Shown piece after piece: positions 59,816 through 64,000 of a stretch of DNA of 64,000 nucleotides. The position numbers and the translations under genes are program-made. This DNA is from an uncultured delta proteobacterium. Its GTDB lineage: Bacteria; Myxococcota_A; Polyangia; Polyangiales; B10-G4. Every line of letters starts with the position of its first letter. Within the stretch, counting starts at the first letter, position 1. The notes below the pieces were generated by a model. That model saw only the letters and a list, made by a program, of their open reading frames with translations. It was not told the origin of the DNA and made no database searches. The DNA is taken from the NCBI GenBank assembly GCA_963727445.1, contig CAVSGI010000010.1, positions 1,120,001-1,184,000 on the forward strand, in the 5' to 3' direction.

Positions 59816-61849
59816 ATGATGAGCCCGATGTTCTGGCTCCGAGCGGTGGCGATCCCCCTCCTGTGGATGGTCGTCACGTCGTGCTCGCCGGGCGAAAAGG
59901 AGCTCTTCGTCGAGCTCAAGACCGACTTCGTGCCAGGTGCGGAGTTCGCTCGGGCGCGAACCGTCGTCCGAGCCGCAGACGGTCCCGGAGCCTCCTGGGA
60001 GGGGGACAGCCCAGCGATGGTGGATGCGGACTACATCGCGGGACAGCGCGTCGCCGAGCTCTCGGGCATCACCCCCGGGGATCTGGTGGTTCGCGTCGAG
60101 CTCTTCGCACCGGACGGCCGGCAGTTCATCGAGCGCACCGTGCGGGTGGTCTTCCGCGAGTCGAGCGGCGTAACCGTCATCATCACCCGCAACTGTCAGG
60201 GTGTGGTCTGCCCCGAAGAGGCGAGCCCCGCCTCCTACACCGAGTGCCTGGGCGGCTCGTGCGTGAGCCCCGAGTGCATGCACGGCGACGAGGAGGCATG
60301 CGGCGAACCCCAGTGCGCCGACCCGGGAGACTGCGTGACGCCAGCCTCGTGCGCGGCCGCGGTGTGTGATCGCGGTGTGTGCTTCGCCCGCGCGCTCCTC
60401 GATGGATGCCCGGCGGGACAGTACTGCGACGCCGCGGTGGGATGCCTCGACCTCCCCGATGTGCCCGATGGCGGCACGGATGCCGATGCTGGCGTGGACG
60501 TGGACGCCGACGCGGGAGGCGGATGCACGACCGACGCGGACTGTGACGACGCCATCGACTGCACGACCGACACCTGCGAGGCCGACGCCTGCGTCCACGC
60601 ACCCGACGACTCGGTATGCACCGACGGGAGCGGCGGCACCTGCATCGATGGATTCGGCTGCCAGTACGATGGATGCACCGCCGAGACGTGCGTCGCGGGC
60701 GCATGCGAGACCGCGCGCTGTGACGGCGATTCCTGCGTGATCGAGACGTCCTGCACCAGTGGCGACGAGATGTGCTGCGGCGACGCCTGCGTCCCGCTCG
60801 GCTGTGACGACGGAAATCCCTGCACGGACGACTCGTGTGGGAGCAGCGGCTGTGTGCATGCGCCGAACGCTGCGATGTGTGACGACGGCACCTTCTGCAA
60901 CGGCACCGATCGGTGTAGCGGGGGGAGCTGCGGCGCCCACTCCGGCAACCCTTGCAGCAGTGGGACCACCTGCGACGAAGCCGGCTCGAGCTGCGTCGGC
61001 TGCCTGTCCAACGCCGATTGCCCCGACGACATCGTGGGCCCCTGGGGCACTTGCGGGGGGTTCTCCGGGACCTGCGACGAAACCGGCACCCGCTCGCGGA
61101 CGGTCACCAGCTTCGCCTGCTCCTCGGGAACCTGCGTGCCCACCGACGCGAGCGAGACCGAGGCGTGCATGCGCAGCACCACCAGTCTGACCTGTGGGAC
61201 CACGACCTTCGGCACCTGGAGCGCCTGCGGCGGTTACGCCGACGCCTGTGACGAGACCGGCACCCGCTCGCGGAGCCGCACCGACCGCGTGTGCATGAGC
61301 GGGTCCTGCTCCGATCGCAGCAGCATCGACACCGGCAGCTGCTCACGTGACACCGACACGACCACCTGCGGCACGACCACCTACGGCACGTGGGGCGCCT
61401 GCGGCGGCTACGCCGACACCTGCGACGAGACCGGCACCCGCTCGCGCGCGCAGACCGAACACGTCTGCGTCACGGGCACCTGCCAGGATCGAGTGAGCAT
61501 CGACACGGGCGCGTGCAGCCGAACCACCGGAGGAACGACCTGTGGCGCGACGAGCTACGGAACCTGGGGACCCTGCACGAGCTTCAGCAGCGTGTGCGAC
61601 GAGACGGGCATGCGCTCGCGCACCAACATCGACCGAGTCTGCGTCTCGGGCGCCTGCTCCGACCAGATGAACAGCGAGTCCGAGGCCTGCGGCCGGACCA
61701 CTGACGGAGCCAATTGCGACGACTTCGCGTCGTGCCGGCGCGGCACCTGCAACGGGGGGTCCTGCTCACTGACGGGCAGCGGTTGCTCGGGCTCGCAGCG
61801 CTGCTGTGAGCCTGGAATCTGTGTCTGCACCGCTTGCGCCTGCCCCTGA
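59816..61849 (+). CDS. Large Cys-rich lipoprotein with four thrombospondin-1-like repeats
   Basis: VTSC lipobox, CDDGNPCTDDSC repeats, four 174-bp units GxWxxC...CDETGxRSR...C. Confidence 0.8.
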   Translation: MMSPMFWLRAVAIPLLWMVVTSCSPGEKELFVELKTDFVPGAEFARARTVVRAADGPGASWEGDSPAMVDADYIAGQRVAELSGITPGDLVVRVELFAPDGRQFIERTVRVVFRESSGVTVIITRNCQGVVCPEEASPASYTECLGGSCVSPECMHGDEEACGEPQCADPGDCVTPASCAAAVCDRGVCFARALLDGCPAGQYCDAAVGCLDLPDVPDGGTDADAGVDVDADAGGGCTTDADCDDAIDCTTDTCEADACVHAPDDSVCTDGSGGTCIDGFGCQYDGCTAETCVAGACETARCDGDSCVIETSCTSGDEMCCGDACVPLGCDDGNPCTDDSCGSSGCVHAPNAAMCDDGTFCNGTDRCSGGSCGAHSGNPCSSGTTCDEAGSSCVGCLSNADCPDDIVGPWGTCGGFSGTCDETGTRSRTVTSFACSSGTCVPTDASETEACMRSTTSLTCGTTTFGTWSACGGYADACDETGTRSRSRTDRVCMSGSCSDRSSIDTGSCSRDTDTTTCGTTTYGTWGACGGYADTCDETGTRSRAQTEHVCVTGTCQDRVSIDTGACSRTTGGTTCGATSYGTWGPCTSFSSVCDETGMRSRTNIDRVCVSGACSDQMNSESEACGRTTDGANCDDFASCRRGTCNGGSCSLTGSGCSGSQRCCEPGICVCTACACP

Positions 61850-61912
61850 GGGTGGGCCCAGGGGAAGATGGCGGCGGCGCACGCGTACTTCCACGACAAG
61901 GAGACCATCGCC

Positions 61913-62209
61913 ATGAACACCCTCGCTCGCACGGCTCTCGGGGCCGCCCTCACCGCATCCATCGTCCTGGGCCTCGCCGCCGCCGCGTCGGCCAACTGCC
62001 GCATCCACAACGACACTGGGGTGAGCTTCACCATCCAGTCCGGCAACGTCTCGAATCAGCGCGTCGGCGGGCACACCACCACGTCCATCGACGACGGTCG
62101 CATCGTCGCCGAGGGGGATGACGGCCGCACCGTGGGCGGCATGTGTGAAGACGGGGGCTCGGTCGAGATTCGCGAGGAGCACGGCACTCTGGTGATCGTG
62201 CCGAACTGA
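61913..62209 (+). CDS. Small secreted protein
   Basis: AAGGAG RBS, signal peptide ending ASA, two Cys. Confidence 0.7.
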   Translation: MNTLARTALGAALTASIVLGLAAAASANCRIHNDTGVSFTIQSGNVSNQRVGGHTTTSIDDGRIVAEGDDGRTVGGMCEDGGSVEIREEHGTLVIVPN

Positions 62210-62218
62210 TCGAGGAAC

Positions 62219-62689
62219 CTACTCCGGTAGACCGGCGTCGATCCAGGCCACGAGGCGCTGGCGCTCGGTGTCGGTCGGATGGGGGCCGGTCCCGATGGGG
62301 AACTGCATCGGCGCCGGAGACGCGCCGCAGCCCGTGGCGGGCACGTCCGAGACACCGCAGCGGATGATCTCCGCGTCGCGCTGCACGTCGGTGATGGTGC
62401 GGTAGTCCCGCGGCGACGTCCCGCCGCTGTGACATTCGACGCAGTACGTCGCGAAGAAGTCCATCGCGAAGCTGGCCCAGGTATCGGCGGCCGCCGCGTC
62501 GGGCGCCGCGTCCACGGTGGCATCCCCGCTCGCATCGGCGGTCGCATCGGCGGTCGCGCCGTCGGCCGCCCCATCGGCGGTCCCACTGTCGGCGGGGGCA
62601 CCGGTGTCGGTCGGTCGTGAATCCTCGACGCAAGCGGCGGCAGCGAGGACGAGCGCGAAGAGTGTCGCCGAAAGCTCGAGTCTAGTCAT
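62219..62689 (-). CDS. Lipoprotein with a c-type heme motif
   Basis: Lipobox AAAC, CVECH, C-terminal LVAWIDAG. Confidence 0.75.
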   Translation of the reverse strand: MTRLELSATLFALVLAAAACVEDSRPTDTGAPADSGTADGAADGATADATADASGDATVDAAPDAAAADTWASFAMDFFATYCVECHSGGTSPRDYRTITDVQRDAEIIRCGVSDVPATGCGASPAPMQFPIGTGPHPTDTERQRLVAWIDAGLPE

Positions 62690-62737
62690 GGCTCGGGACT
62701 AGCACGCGGGTGGCTTGGCCGCACGTGCGACCCGACC

Positions 62738-64000
<1,263 letters not shown>

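Overview
High-GC, gene-dense bacterial DNA. MYXO-CTERM-like tails, many Cys-rich lipoproteins, a Ser/Thr kinase and a DUF1592/DUF1552 pair point to Myxococcota (Polyangiales/Sandaracinus-like); this taxonomy is inferred. Housekeeping genes include 2-oxoacid:ferredoxin oxidoreductase alpha/beta, rsmE, hemB, an ABC exporter and an MMPL transporter. No rRNA, tRNA, CRISPR array or transposase was seen. About seven single-base frameshifts in otherwise intact genes suggest long-read assembly errors. Two loci stand out. (1) 33.3-41.6 kb is a tightly coupled operon: a cytochrome c/DUF1592 protein with an inserted glycogen-binding (CBM48-like) module, a Tat-exported DUF1552 protein, a TrmB regulator and two GH13 amylase lipoproteins, with an inverted-repeat operator candidate upstream. 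It ties an uncharacterised DUF pair to alpha-glucan use. (2) 48.1-55.3 kb holds a lipoprotein with a very long Ser/Thr-rich amphipathic beta-hairpin (pore-forming-toxin-like), a PPC lipoprotein, two paralogous half-TolC-like proteins (one fused to a BNR beta-propeller) and an ABC exporter, a possible undescribed envelope channel or delivery system. Also notable are a kinase fused to a PhnD-like sensor and an AT-rich four-copy inverted repeat cluster after korB. All family assignments come from motif recognition by eye, not database searches.
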